56,914 nt of DNA, taken from Pyrinomonadaceae bacterium (lineage in GTDB: Bacteria; Acidobacteriota; Blastocatellia; Pyrinomonadales; Pyrinomonadaceae). Of the stretch, positions 27,403 to 36,075 are shown one piece after another. Each line of letters begins with the position of its first letter. The first letter of the stretch is position 1. Below the pieces are notes generated by a model. The model was not told the origin of the DNA, did no database searches, and saw only the letters and a program-made list of their open reading frames with translations. Where the stretch lies: NCBI GenBank assembly GCA_035536135.1, contig DATLOR010000012.1, positions 1 through 56,914 of the forward strand, in the 5' to 3' direction. A program made the position numbers and the translations under genes.

Positions 27403-29205
27403 TTACTGCGCCGCCTGATAATTGTTCGCTTCGAGAAGCGGTTGAATCGCCGCCGCCAGATTGAGCACGTCGGCGCGCGGTCCCCGAAACACGTAATACA
27501 GAGCCGCCGTTTGATTGTCGAGATTTTTGCAAAGCTCGATGCTGACAATCAGTTCGGCATTCGAGCGAATGTGGCGCAGATGATTGCTGTGAAAGCTGGT
27601 GACCCCGATGCGCACGCCGTTTTTCGGATTCACGTAAATAAATCCTCTGCTCCGAAAATAAGGTCCTTGAGGGTTATTCAGGACGAATTCGCCGAACTCG
27701 CTCATCGCGCCCGGCTCGAACGCGAGCAGCGCGACAAAATCGCCCGTCCCTTGAAAATCCGTCAGAAGCGGCATAATCGCCCGGTAAAACGGCGCGAGGT
27801 TCGTCTCGAAATTGACTGAGCCGTGCTGATCGATGCTGAGATTTATATCGAAACCGCCGTCCGCCGTTTGCGACATTCCCAAACCCGCCATTTGATCCTG
27901 ATGCGCCCGCGCTTCATCGGTCGCGTCCGACTTCAACTCGGCATCAATATCCGCCTGAAATTCTTCTTCTTTGACCGATCTGATCGCGCCGTCGTCGCCG
28001 ACGAGATAAAATTTGTAATGATTGTCCGCAGTGTTTTCCGTGCCTTCCCAACGCGTATTTTTGACGGTTTCTTCATCGAAGACCTTTGAAAAAGAATCAA
28101 TCACGACGTAACGTGAGCCGTCATCATTACCCATTCGCCAGTTCACGCCGTAAAGAAACTCGAAAATCTTTTCCCTCGAATCAGCTTTGAGCTGCTCGCC
28201 ATCCGTCCATTCAGGCGGCACGCGGCAGAAAATATTGAGTTTGAAACTTGCCTCGCTGACGAATCCCGACGGAAAACCGAGACCGTCCTGGATAACGAGG
28301 AGCAGCGTATTTTTGCGCGGTTTCGGCGGCGGTGCGGCGGTTGACGACGGCGCAGCGGAAACTCCTTCGTTTTGAAAATCGGCATCGACGTTTTGCTGGA
28401 ATTCCGAAGCCTCGACTTTACGGACTTCACCATTTTCGGAGACGATAAAAAAATAGTAGAGATCGTCGCCTGTTTTACCGAGGTCGAGCCAGTTTTGATT
28501 TTTGACCGTTTCGCCGCCGAAATTTCTGGTTTCGGAACTTTTGATCGTATAGTATGCGCCCGGAAATATTTCCGCTTTCCAGCTTTCGCCGAAGATCAGA
28601 TCGCTGATCCGATTCCAAACGGCTGTTTTGAGCTGACCGTTTTCAATCTGAGCGGGCGGCACGCGGCACAGAAAATTGACTTTATAAGGCGTGTCGATGG
28701 TGTTTCCGGTCGGCAGAACCAACGCTTCCTGAACGGTCACCCGCAGGATTTCGACCGTTTGCCAGCCAGCGGCGGGCTTTAGCTTCGCAAGATGTTCTTT
28801 GATCGGTCGAAGCTGTTTGATCGGGATAAAAAATCCGTCGCTTCCCGTATCGGAATTAAACCAGACGCCGTGTGCGCCGTGCTCCATAAAGCCTTCGAGA
28901 TATTCGACGATTTTTTCCGTCGGAATATTTAAGGTCAGGCAGGTGCCGTCAGGCTCAGCCAGATTGTTTTCGCGCGCGAAACGCTGCGCCCGCTCGGAAT
29001 CGGTAAAGGCGCGCACCATCGGCTGACTATCGGCGTAACCGGCGTTCGCAGCGATATACGGATAAGCGCTCGTCAGATCGCCGCGCATAATAAAAATCCA
29101 TTCCTTTAAATCGAACGCGGCTCCGAAAAGCGCGTTCAAATCTTCCAACGCATTTGTTTGGGTCGCTTTCCGAGCCAGAGCGTCAAAATTCGCCTGATTT
29201 TCCAT
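27403..29205 (-). CDS. hypothetical cytoplasmic protein with an internal duplication of about 135 aa (possible SseB-like N-domain)
   Basis: ORF track lists 27403..29256. The likely start is MENQANFDAL at 29205. Both repeat units contain FxCRVPP...G.QLK...ETVKN..W...EFQ.D. Confidence 0.75.
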   Translation of the reverse strand: MENQANFDALARKATQTNALEDLNALFGAAFDLKEWIFIMRGDLTSAYPYIAANAGYADSQPMVRAFTDSERAQRFARENNLAEPDGTCLTLNIPTEKIVEYLEGFMEHGAHGVWFNSDTGSDGFFIPIKQLRPIKEHLAKLKPAAGWQTVEILRVTVQEALVLPTGNTIDTPYKVNFLCRVPPAQIENGQLKTAVWNRISDLIFGESWKAEIFPGAYYTIKSSETRNFGGETVKNQNWLDLGKTGDDLYYFFIVSENGEVRKVEASEFQQNVDADFQNEGVSAAPSSTAAPPPKPRKNTLLLVIQDGLGFPSGFVSEASFKLNIFCRVPPEWTDGEQLKADSREKIFEFLYGVNWRMGNDDGSRYVVIDSFSKVFDEETVKNTRWEGTENTADNHYKFYLVGDDGAIRSVKEEEFQADIDAELKSDATDEARAHQDQMAGLGMSQTADGGFDINLSIDQHGSVNFETNLAPFYRAIMPLLTDFQGTGDFVALLAFEPGAMSEFGEFVLNNPQGPYFRSRGFIYVNPKNGVRIGVTSFHSNHLRHIRSNAELIVSIELCKNLDNQTAALYYVFRGPRADVLNLAAAIQPLLEANNYQAAQ

Positions 29206-29317
29206 AGATTGTTTTTCTTGGTTAATGTTTGAGTTTTTCTTTTTCGTTAATTTCAAAACGCTTCGGTATAACGAAAATACGTGATCTTCGATAAACTCAA
29301 AACGCGAGGAAATTTAC

Positions 29318-31063
29318 TCAAGCTTCGTCGCTGATTGGCGCAGAATCAGCGGAATCTGCAGACTCTGCTGATTCTGCGGGTTCATCCGCGACGGAAACTT
29401 CTTCGACCGGCGGAAACGCTCTCATCAACAGCCAATATGTGGAAAATGAAACGCCGAAACCGACGAACCAGGCGTAATCGTAAAGGATCTTCATCGGCGT
29501 GACGACCAAACCGACCCACGCGAAAAAACAGCCCAAAAGCGTCGCTAAACAGGCGCGCCAATTCGCTCCTTTTTTTGTCAGGACAAAGCCGAGAAGGACA
29601 AAAATAGCGATCATCACGAGCAGAGTGACGATATTTACCGCCTGCCCCGTTACTCTTCCGAGTTGAAAATGAACGTCGATGAGCGAGTGCAAAAAGTACC
29701 CGAAGATGCCGAAAAAAAGAATCACCGAAATTTTGATGAGCGGCTCGATTTTTTCTTCGAATGAAAAAATACCCTTTTCCCTGTATAAATCGGCAAGCTT
29801 CAAATTCTTGCCGCGAATCAGCCAGTAATCGGCGATCAAAACGCCGGCGATCGAACCCAATCCGCCCGAATAGCCCAAAAGCCACGAGAAAATATAACCC
29901 GACGGATCAGCCAGAAGTTTCCAAGGCATCATCAAAATGCCGACGATTCCCGTGATCAAACCGCCCGTGCGGAACGAGATCCATTTTGGAAAAGCGTTCG
30001 CAAAATCGTTCGCCGGAGAAACGACGTTGGCAGCGATGTTGACCGAAAGCGTCGCGACAACGATCGTGAACATCGAGATCGCGACGACGACGGGCTGCGA
30101 AAATTGTCCGACGAGCTTGACGGGATCCCAAAGGTCTTCGTGCTTCATATTCGGGAAAACGACGATTGCGGCGGAAGTTATCAAAATCCCCATCGCCGCG
30201 AAAACGACCATCGTCGTCGGAAGCGCGACGGTTTGCCCGACGGCTTGTTCGCGCTGCGACTTTCCGAAGCGCGTAAAATCGGGCATATTTAAAGATAGCG
30301 TCGCCCAGAAACCGATCATCGCCGTCAGAGAAGGAATAAAGATCTTGAAAAAGTCGCCGAAGGTCTGAAATTTGCCGGGTTCGTGCAGCAAGAATCCGAT
30401 GCCGCCCGCCTGATACAAAATCCAGCCGAGAAGTGCGGCGGTCATCACCAGAACATACGGCGCCGCCCAGTTTTCGACCGAACGCAATAAATCCATTCCG
30501 CGATAAATGATCGCGATATTCATTGCCCAAAAGATCAAAAACGAAAGCCATTCGGTCGGCGTGTGTCCGCCGATCGCCGCGCCTAAAAGTGTATTCCAAC
30601 CGGGAATGATCGCGCCGAAAAACGTGTGAATCGCCTGTCCGCCGATCCACGCCTGAATTCCGAACCAGCCGCACGCGACGATCGCGCGCATCAGCGCAGG
30701 CAAATTTGAGCCGATCGTGCCGTAGCTTGCCCGCGCAAAGACGGGAAACGGAATGCCGTATTTCGTGCCCGGATGCGAATTCAGCAGAATCGGCGCAAGG
30801 ACAATAATGTTGCCGAGCAGAATCGTGATCAAAGCCTGCCACCAGTTCATTCCGGCGGAGATCAAGCCCGAAGCCATCATATAGGTCGGAATGCAGTGCG
30901 CCATCGAAATCCACAGCGCGGCGTAGTTATAGGTCGTCCAGTTGCGTTTTTCAACCGGCACCGGTGCTAAATCTTCATTATAAAGCGGACTCGTTTTGAT
31001 CGATTCCAAAACATCCGCGTTCAGCTCAACTCGTCCGTCGTCGTGTTGGATTGTTTCACTCAT
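29318..31063 (-). CDS. NCS1-family nucleobase:cation symporter (uracil/cytosine/hydantoin/allantoin type)
   Basis: ORF track, 581 aa. N-terminus NEDLAPVPVEKRNWTTYNYAALWISMAHCIPTYM is the NCS1 signature region. Twelve or more hydrophobic helices and an acidic tail, AESAESADSADSA. Confidence 0.88.
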   Translation of the reverse strand: MSETIQHDDGRVELNADVLESIKTSPLYNEDLAPVPVEKRNWTTYNYAALWISMAHCIPTYMMASGLISAGMNWWQALITILLGNIIVLAPILLNSHPGTKYGIPFPVFARASYGTIGSNLPALMRAIVACGWFGIQAWIGGQAIHTFFGAIIPGWNTLLGAAIGGHTPTEWLSFLIFWAMNIAIIYRGMDLLRSVENWAAPYVLVMTAALLGWILYQAGGIGFLLHEPGKFQTFGDFFKIFIPSLTAMIGFWATLSLNMPDFTRFGKSQREQAVGQTVALPTTMVVFAAMGILITSAAIVVFPNMKHEDLWDPVKLVGQFSQPVVVAISMFTIVVATLSVNIAANVVSPANDFANAFPKWISFRTGGLITGIVGILMMPWKLLADPSGYIFSWLLGYSGGLGSIAGVLIADYWLIRGKNLKLADLYREKGIFSFEEKIEPLIKISVILFFGIFGYFLHSLIDVHFQLGRVTGQAVNIVTLLVMIAIFVLLGFVLTKKGANWRACLATLLGCFFAWVGLVVTPMKILYDYAWFVGFGVSFSTYWLLMRAFPPVEEVSVADEPAESAESADSADSAPISDEA

Positions 31064-31548
31064 ATTTTATTGATTTTTTTTACCATCGTTAATGCCGTGC
31101 CGTGCTTTGAAATAATTTCAAAATCCATTTTCCGGTAAAGATTAACGGCACGATTCCGCCCGTCAACGCTCAAAGAAACTTTCTCAAATCCGTCTGTTTT
31201 TAAGGTTTCCAGTAATTTCGCAATCAAGATCCGTCCGAAACCTTTGTTTCGATAATTTTCCTTGACTGCAATGCTCAATTCGGGAGTTTTCTCGTCAACA
31301 AAACCATAGCTTTTCTCGCTTTCCGCAAAAAGTCTTGACCAAACCGCGCCGGTTAATTCGTTCTTATCCGCGAGGACAAAAGCATAATCGCCTTTTCGCC
31401 CGAAATTATCAACATATTTTGAAAGATGCGGCTCAAAGACAATTGATTTGGGCAGTTTTTGATCTTCGTCCGCAAAATAAATTGCTTCATACAACATATC
31501 GCGCAAAAATTCGTGCTCAGCTGGGTTTATTTCACGAATTTCCATCAT
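31060..31548 (-). CDS. GNAT-family N-acetyltransferase
   Basis: ORF track lists 31060..31599. Starting at MMEIREINP (31548) removes the overlap with the upstream gene. Acetyl-CoA motif: NYRNKGFGRILIAKLLE. The stop overlaps the permease start by 4 nt. Confidence 0.8.
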   Translation of the reverse strand: MMEIREINPAEHEFLRDMLYEAIYFADEDQKLPKSIVFEPHLSKYVDNFGRKGDYAFVLADKNELTGAVWSRLFAESEKSYGFVDEKTPELSIAVKENYRNKGFGRILIAKLLETLKTDGFEKVSLSVDGRNRAVNLYRKMDFEIISKHGTALTMVKKINKI

Positions 31549-31550
31549 TT

Positions 31551-32069
31551 CTACCCGGAAATCGCGACCGGCTTCGTATCCGAAACGGTGATCGACCATT
31601 TCCGCAAATCATCGGCTTTACCCGCGTTATTGGTCAGCAGCACAACCGATCTGACTTTCAAATCCGTCAAAATCTCCGCCGCCGGACGAAAGCTTCGCGC
31701 ATCTCGTTCGAATCCCGCTTTTTCGTAGGCTTCCGCCTGCTTCAATCCGGCTTTTTTATACGGAATGCTCGCCATCAGCGCCAGATGCCCGTTGCCTTTG
31801 CCTTCCTGTTCGAGATAAATAATCACGCCTTTTCCGGCATTTTGGATCAAACTTTGCGCCGCTTCCATTTCCGCCTGGCATTCACATTCGACGCTGTTAA
31901 AAACGTGCCCCGAAACGCAAGCCGAATGAACGCGGCAAATGACGTCTTCTTGCGTTTCGATGTTTCCCATCACGAGCGCGATCGATTCCTTTTGTCCGTC
32001 GTAATAAAGGATCTCCCGAAATATGCCGTATTTGGTCTGTAAATCTCTTTCCGTCAGTCTGAAAATCAT
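31551..32069 (-). CDS. GTP cyclohydrolase II-like protein (short RibA homologue)
   Basis: ORF track, 172 aa. RVHSACVSGHVFNSVECECQ matches the zinc Cys triad pattern of RibA, and YLEQEGKGNGH matches the RibA QEGRGIG loop. Confidence 0.78.
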   Translation of the reverse strand: MIFRLTERDLQTKYGIFREILYYDGQKESIALVMGNIETQEDVICRVHSACVSGHVFNSVECECQAEMEAAQSLIQNAGKGVIIYLEQEGKGNGHLALMASIPYKKAGLKQAEAYEKAGFERDARSFRPAAEILTDLKVRSVVLLTNNAGKADDLRKWSITVSDTKPVAISG

Positions 32070-32070
32070 A

Positions 32071-32142
32071 CTAAATCTTAACGCATTCGCCGCGTTTGAT
32101 GAATTGTCTGCTGCCTTTTTCGACCGGATATTCGCTGTTTTC
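32071..32142 (-). pseudogene. relic of a dihydropyrimidinase 3' end (last about 24 codons plus stop)
   Basis: Minus-strand translation ENSEYPVEKGSRQFIKRGECVKI* matches the intact gene's ENGEHKGKAGDGQFLKRGECVKI*. Ungapped identity is 49/72 nt to 34680..34751. An in-frame TGA lies two codons upstream. Confidence 0.8.
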
Positions 32143-32167
32143 TTTTCAAAGTAAGATTACTAACTAC

Positions 32168-33157
32168 TTACAGTCTCAGCGTTTCGCCGAGTCCGAAAAA
32201 TTGGTATTTATCGCCGAATTCCTTTTGAAGAATTAAAAAACCGAGCTGTCCGGTGCAATGCGCCGGGGCGACCGCTTCAACGCCGTAATCGTCGCGCATC
32301 CGTTTTGCCAAACTTTCGATATACCCGCGTTTATAGGGAATAAGATGAAAGCCGCCCGCGACCAGATAAATTTTTTCCTGGCGCGTCTTTTTAGTTTCCT
32401 GAATGATACTTTCGATCGTGCTGTGCGAGCATCCTGAAATTATGATGTCGCCTTTTTCGGTCGCAAGTGAAAGCGATAATTCGGGCATACCGATAAACTG
32501 CGGATTTTTATCGAACGGCGGGTATTTGATAAAGGTTCCCATCAATTCGGAAGTCGTCGGGATCAATGTGACGCCGGGCAAAACCTCCTTCGCGGCGGTC
32601 AGATATTCGACATTTGCCTTCCAGAATCTGCCGGTCGGGACCGTGACCATTCCGTCCGTGGTTTTTTCGCCGCGAAAATACTGCTCGTCTTTCGGCAGCA
32701 ATTTCGCCGCATCAGGTTCGGTTTCGCGAAAGGGAAATTTCACGGGCGCACCGAGCGAAAAGAAATCGTTCGGCGCGTAAATTTTAACTTTCGGGTTAAC
32801 CTTTAGTAGATAATCAAAACCGCCGACGTGATCGTAGTGCCCGTGCGAAACGATTGCCACATCTATCTTTCGCAGATCAATTTTCAAAGTTTTAAGATTC
32901 TTCTCAAAAACTCGCGCGTCGGTTCCCGAGTCGAACAAAATCATCTTTCCTTTGTAATTAATCACACAGGAAAACCCGAAATCCTGCGTAAGTCCGTTAA
33001 TGTCCTTGCCGAAAGCGTCATAAACATTCGTCATCGTGACACCTAAAGCGGTCGGTTTCGTTTGGGCGGCAACCGGGAGCACAAACACGAACTGCGCGAT
33101 CATCGCTAAACACAGCAGGCAGGATTTTATTCGTTTCATGATTGTTTTCTTTTTCAC
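32168..33157 (-). CDS. secreted MBL-fold metallo-hydrolase
   Basis: ORF track, 329 aa. Signal peptide present. HGHYDHVGG (HxHxDH) motif. Confidence 0.85.
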   Translation of the reverse strand: MKKKTIMKRIKSCLLCLAMIAQFVFVLPVAAQTKPTALGVTMTNVYDAFGKDINGLTQDFGFSCVINYKGKMILFDSGTDARVFEKNLKTLKIDLRKIDVAIVSHGHYDHVGGFDYLLKVNPKVKIYAPNDFFSLGAPVKFPFRETEPDAAKLLPKDEQYFRGEKTTDGMVTVPTGRFWKANVEYLTAAKEVLPGVTLIPTTSELMGTFIKYPPFDKNPQFIGMPELSLSLATEKGDIIISGCSHSTIESIIQETKKTRQEKIYLVAGGFHLIPYKRGYIESLAKRMRDDYGVEAVAPAHCTGQLGFLILQKEFGDKYQFFGLGETLRL

Positions 33158-33195
33158 TCAAACCCTTGTTGAAATTTAATTAACCGATGCGGCGA

Positions 33196-33642
33196 TTACT
33201 TATCTTTCGGCATATCAGGCATATCAGCCATATCGATCATATCGAGAAACGGCGTGTCCTTATCGCTCACGTAAAAAATCACCAAGCGCAAAGGCTCGGT
33301 TGCGCTTCGGTTATAACCGGTCATTTTCACGTTCGGGGGCTCGATATACGCTTCGCCCGCTTTGACGACCAGCGGCTCTTTGCGTCCTTCGAGATTTAAT
33401 GTAAACGCGCCTTCGAGAATATAAACCGTCACCGGAAAACGGTGCTTATGAAATACGGTCTTATCGCCCGGCTTAAATTCCGCCGTCAAAACGCGCACTT
33501 CCTGATCTTTGCCCATCGGCATTCCCTTAATGATCTCGTTCAAAATCTGCTTGGGCTTTGTAACTCCCTGACCAAATACTGCCACGGGCAAGCCGATCAA
33601 TAAAAAGACAAATACAAAACCAAATTTCATTTGTTTATTCAT
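33196..33642 (-). CDS. secreted cupin-domain protein
   Basis: ORF track lists 33196..33678. The start MNKQMKFGFVFVFLLIGLPVAVFG lies at 33642. Cupin motif: FHKHRFPVTVYILEG. Confidence 0.8.
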   Translation of the reverse strand: MNKQMKFGFVFVFLLIGLPVAVFGQGVTKPKQILNEIIKGMPMGKDQEVRVLTAEFKPGDKTVFHKHRFPVTVYILEGAFTLNLEGRKEPLVVKAGEAYIEPPNVKMTGYNRSATEPLRLVIFYVSDKDTPFLDMIDMADMPDMPKDK

Positions 33643-33665
33643 ATGTTCTCCTGTAAAAAATTCTC

Positions 33666-33779
33666 CACACTGACGCAAGTTCCGCGCTTCAAAAATTGAC
33701 TGTCGCCTTGTCGTCCGACGAGGTATTCGCCGTTTTCGATGACGACGCGACCGCGCGACACAACGGTTTCGACCCGCTT
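33666..33779 (-). pseudogene. relic of a dihydropyrimidinase 3' end (about 37 codons, stop lost)
   Basis: Minus-strand translation VETVVSRGRVVIENGEYLVGRQGDSQFLKRGTCVSV is colinear with the C-terminus of 34680..36059. 33726..33774 matches 34740..34788 at 48/49 nt. Confidence 0.85.
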
Positions 33780-34649
33780 TTATTTAACTCTTGTTCCCAT
33801 CTGCGTCAGGCTCTCGCACATCGAACGAATATTGATGTGATCGAAATTATCAATCGTTGATTTGCGCCGATACATTTTCCATTGTGCGCCCTTGGCATCT
33901 TTGATAATGATGCCGTTTTCGGTTTCTGTTCCGTATCTCGCCCCCTCGATCTTGGCATGAGTCGTCCATTTGCCTTTGACGGGCGGTCTGCCGCCGTCCT
34001 GATACCAAACGTAGGTGCCGTCGGCGTTGATTTGAATGCCCGGTGATTTGCCCCAGGCGGCAATCGTTCCTGAGGCATTGCCATTGACCGCGACCGAAGT
34101 CATAGACCATTTGCCGACGAGAAATTTTATTTCAGCGTTGTCGGCGGAAATCGTCGCGGCTGGACGAACGAACATTGAATTTTCCCAAACATCGTATTTT
34201 TCGCTGCAGCCGTCGTAGTGAACTTTATACTGACTGCCGTTTATCTCGATAATCGTGCCGCGATTTTTTCCTTCCTTGTTGTCCGAAAGATAAACGTCAA
34301 CGCGCATCCCGGTTTTAAAGTTCCCGCCGTTCGGCGTTCGGTTGTCGTCGGGTTTGTCCGTATTTTGATTACCCTGCGTTTGATTGTTTTGCGGCGCGGC
34401 TTGCCGGCACTCGCCCAGGCGATCGGCGTTGTAAAAAGTATCGCGGTCTTTATACGTTCCTTCTTCGATGTGAACCGAATATTTCGGATCGGTCTGCCTG
34501 ACTGTCGCTTTCACGCAGCCGCCGGAAAAGGCGTTGACGTAAATCGTGTCGCCGACCTTGAAATCGGTTTTGTCCTGTGCGAAAGAAATTATCGCGCCGC
34601 CGAAAAGCAGCCCGACGGCGAAAAAGATAAAAGTTACATTAAATTTCAT
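33780..34649 (-). CDS. secreted hypothetical protein (two SH3/Tudor-like repeats plus beta-rich C-domain)
   Basis: ORF track, 289 aa. Signal peptide present. Repeated F(K)xGDxIYV / FKTGMRVDVY modules. Gln/Asn-rich linker. Confidence 0.7.
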   Translation of the reverse strand: MKFNVTFIFFAVGLLFGGAIISFAQDKTDFKVGDTIYVNAFSGGCVKATVRQTDPKYSVHIEEGTYKDRDTFYNADRLGECRQAAPQNNQTQGNQNTDKPDDNRTPNGGNFKTGMRVDVYLSDNKEGKNRGTIIEINGSQYKVHYDGCSEKYDVWENSMFVRPAATISADNAEIKFLVGKWSMTSVAVNGNASGTIAAWGKSPGIQINADGTYVWYQDGGRPPVKGKWTTHAKIEGARYGTETENGIIIKDAKGAQWKMYRRKSTIDNFDHINIRSMCESLTQMGTRVK

Positions 34650-34679
34650 AATCGTTCTTCTTTTAATTCGTGTGAACTT

Positions 34680-36059
34680 TCAAATCTTGACACATTCGCC
34701 GCGCTTGAGAAATTGCCCGTCGCCTGCCTTTCCTTTGTGTTCGCCGTTTTCGATGACGACGCGACCGCGCGACAGAACGGTTTCGACCTTGCCTTTGATC
34801 TTTTTGCCTTCGTAAGCGCAGTAATCGACGTTCATATGCTGGGCTTCGAGTGTGAATGTGTGTTCTTTTTCGGTGTCGAAGATCACGATGTCGGCATCGC
34901 TTCCGACGGCGATCGTGCCTTTTTTCGGGAACATTCCGAACATTTTCGCGGCAGCGGTCGAGGTCAGCTCGACAAAACGGTTGAGCGAAATTCGGTTTTC
35001 GACCACGCCGCCGTTGTAGATCAGTTCCATCCGGTATTCTACGCCCGGCGCGCCGTTCGGAATTTTCGAGAAATCATCGCGCCCTAATTCCTTTTGGTCT
35101 TTCATACAAAACGGGCAATGATCGGTCGCAATTATTTGAAGATCGTCCATTTTCAAACCCTTCCACAATTCATCGTGATTATGTTTTTCGCGAAGCGGCG
35201 GCGTCATCACATATTTCGCGCCTTCGAATCCCTCGCCGTAATCGTCAATCGAAAGAAACAAATATTGCGGGCAGGTTTCGGCAAACGCGGGAATGCCGCG
35301 GTCGCGTGCCTGACGGACTTGGTTGAGCGCGTCGGTGCAGCTCAAATGCACGATATAAACGGGCGTTTCCGCCATTTCTGCCAAGGCGATGGCGCGGTGC
35401 ACGCCTTCGGCTTCGGCAATGGTCGGGCGCGTCAGAGCGTGATATTTCGGCGCGGTTCTGCCTTCTGCGAGAAATTTTTTAATAATTTCGTTGATAACGA
35501 TACCGTTTTCCGCGTGCATACAAACCAGTCCGCCGCGTTCGCCCGCCGCGCTCATCGCCCGAAAAATCGTCGCGTCGTCCGAGAGAAAGACGCCCGGATA
35601 CGCCATAAACAATTTGAAGCTCGTGATGCCTTCATCGATCAATTTAAACATTTCGGGTTTGTGCCGGTCTTCAAAATCGGTCGTAATCAGGTGAAAGCCG
35701 TAATCGATCACGGCTTTGCCCTCGGCTTTCTGATGCCAAAGGTCGGCGCCCGCGAGCATCGATTCGCCTTTCGTCTGGACGGCGAAATCAATGATCGTCG
35801 TCGTTCCGCCGAACGCCGCCGCCCTGGTTCCCGTAAAAAAATCGTCCGACGAAGAAGTTCCGCCAAAGGGCAGTTCCATATGCGTATGCGGATCGATCCC
35901 GCCCGGAATGACCAATTTGCCCGAAGCGTCGATCACCGTGTCGGCTTCCATCTCCAATGTTTTCCCGATCACGGAAATCTGCTCGTCCTCGATTAAAATA
36001 TCCGCGCGGTAATCATCGACCGCCGTTACGATTCGTCCGTTTTTGATTAGTGTTTTCAT
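34680..36059 (-). CDS. dht: dihydropyrimidinase / D-hydantoinase
   Basis: ORF track, 459 aa. Motifs: MKTLIKNGRIVTA...GGIDPHTHMELPFGGT, carboxylated-Lys region SFKLFMAY, and ATDHCPF. Confidence 0.92.
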   Translation of the reverse strand: MKTLIKNGRIVTAVDDYRADILIEDEQISVIGKTLEMEADTVIDASGKLVIPGGIDPHTHMELPFGGTSSSDDFFTGTRAAAFGGTTTIIDFAVQTKGESMLAGADLWHQKAEGKAVIDYGFHLITTDFEDRHKPEMFKLIDEGITSFKLFMAYPGVFLSDDATIFRAMSAAGERGGLVCMHAENGIVINEIIKKFLAEGRTAPKYHALTRPTIAEAEGVHRAIALAEMAETPVYIVHLSCTDALNQVRQARDRGIPAFAETCPQYLFLSIDDYGEGFEGAKYVMTPPLREKHNHDELWKGLKMDDLQIIATDHCPFCMKDQKELGRDDFSKIPNGAPGVEYRMELIYNGGVVENRISLNRFVELTSTAAAKMFGMFPKKGTIAVGSDADIVIFDTEKEHTFTLEAQHMNVDYCAYEGKKIKGKVETVLSRGRVVIENGEHKGKAGDGQFLKRGECVKI

Positions 36060-36075
36060 AGTTTTTTAATAAAAA

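Noticed and set aside
29382-30914. Same-strand alternative-frame ORFs (29382..29885, 29907..30914) inside the NCS1 permease gene
   Set aside because: The peptides are Arg/Gly/Asp-rich nonsense, whereas the annotated frame gives 12+ hydrophobic helices and NCS1 motifs.
34218-35996. Two approximately 290-300-aa plus-strand ORFs antisense to the dihydropyrimidinase gene and its downstream neighbour
   Set aside because: They are shadow ORFs opposite a strongly supported gene, with no start context or motifs.
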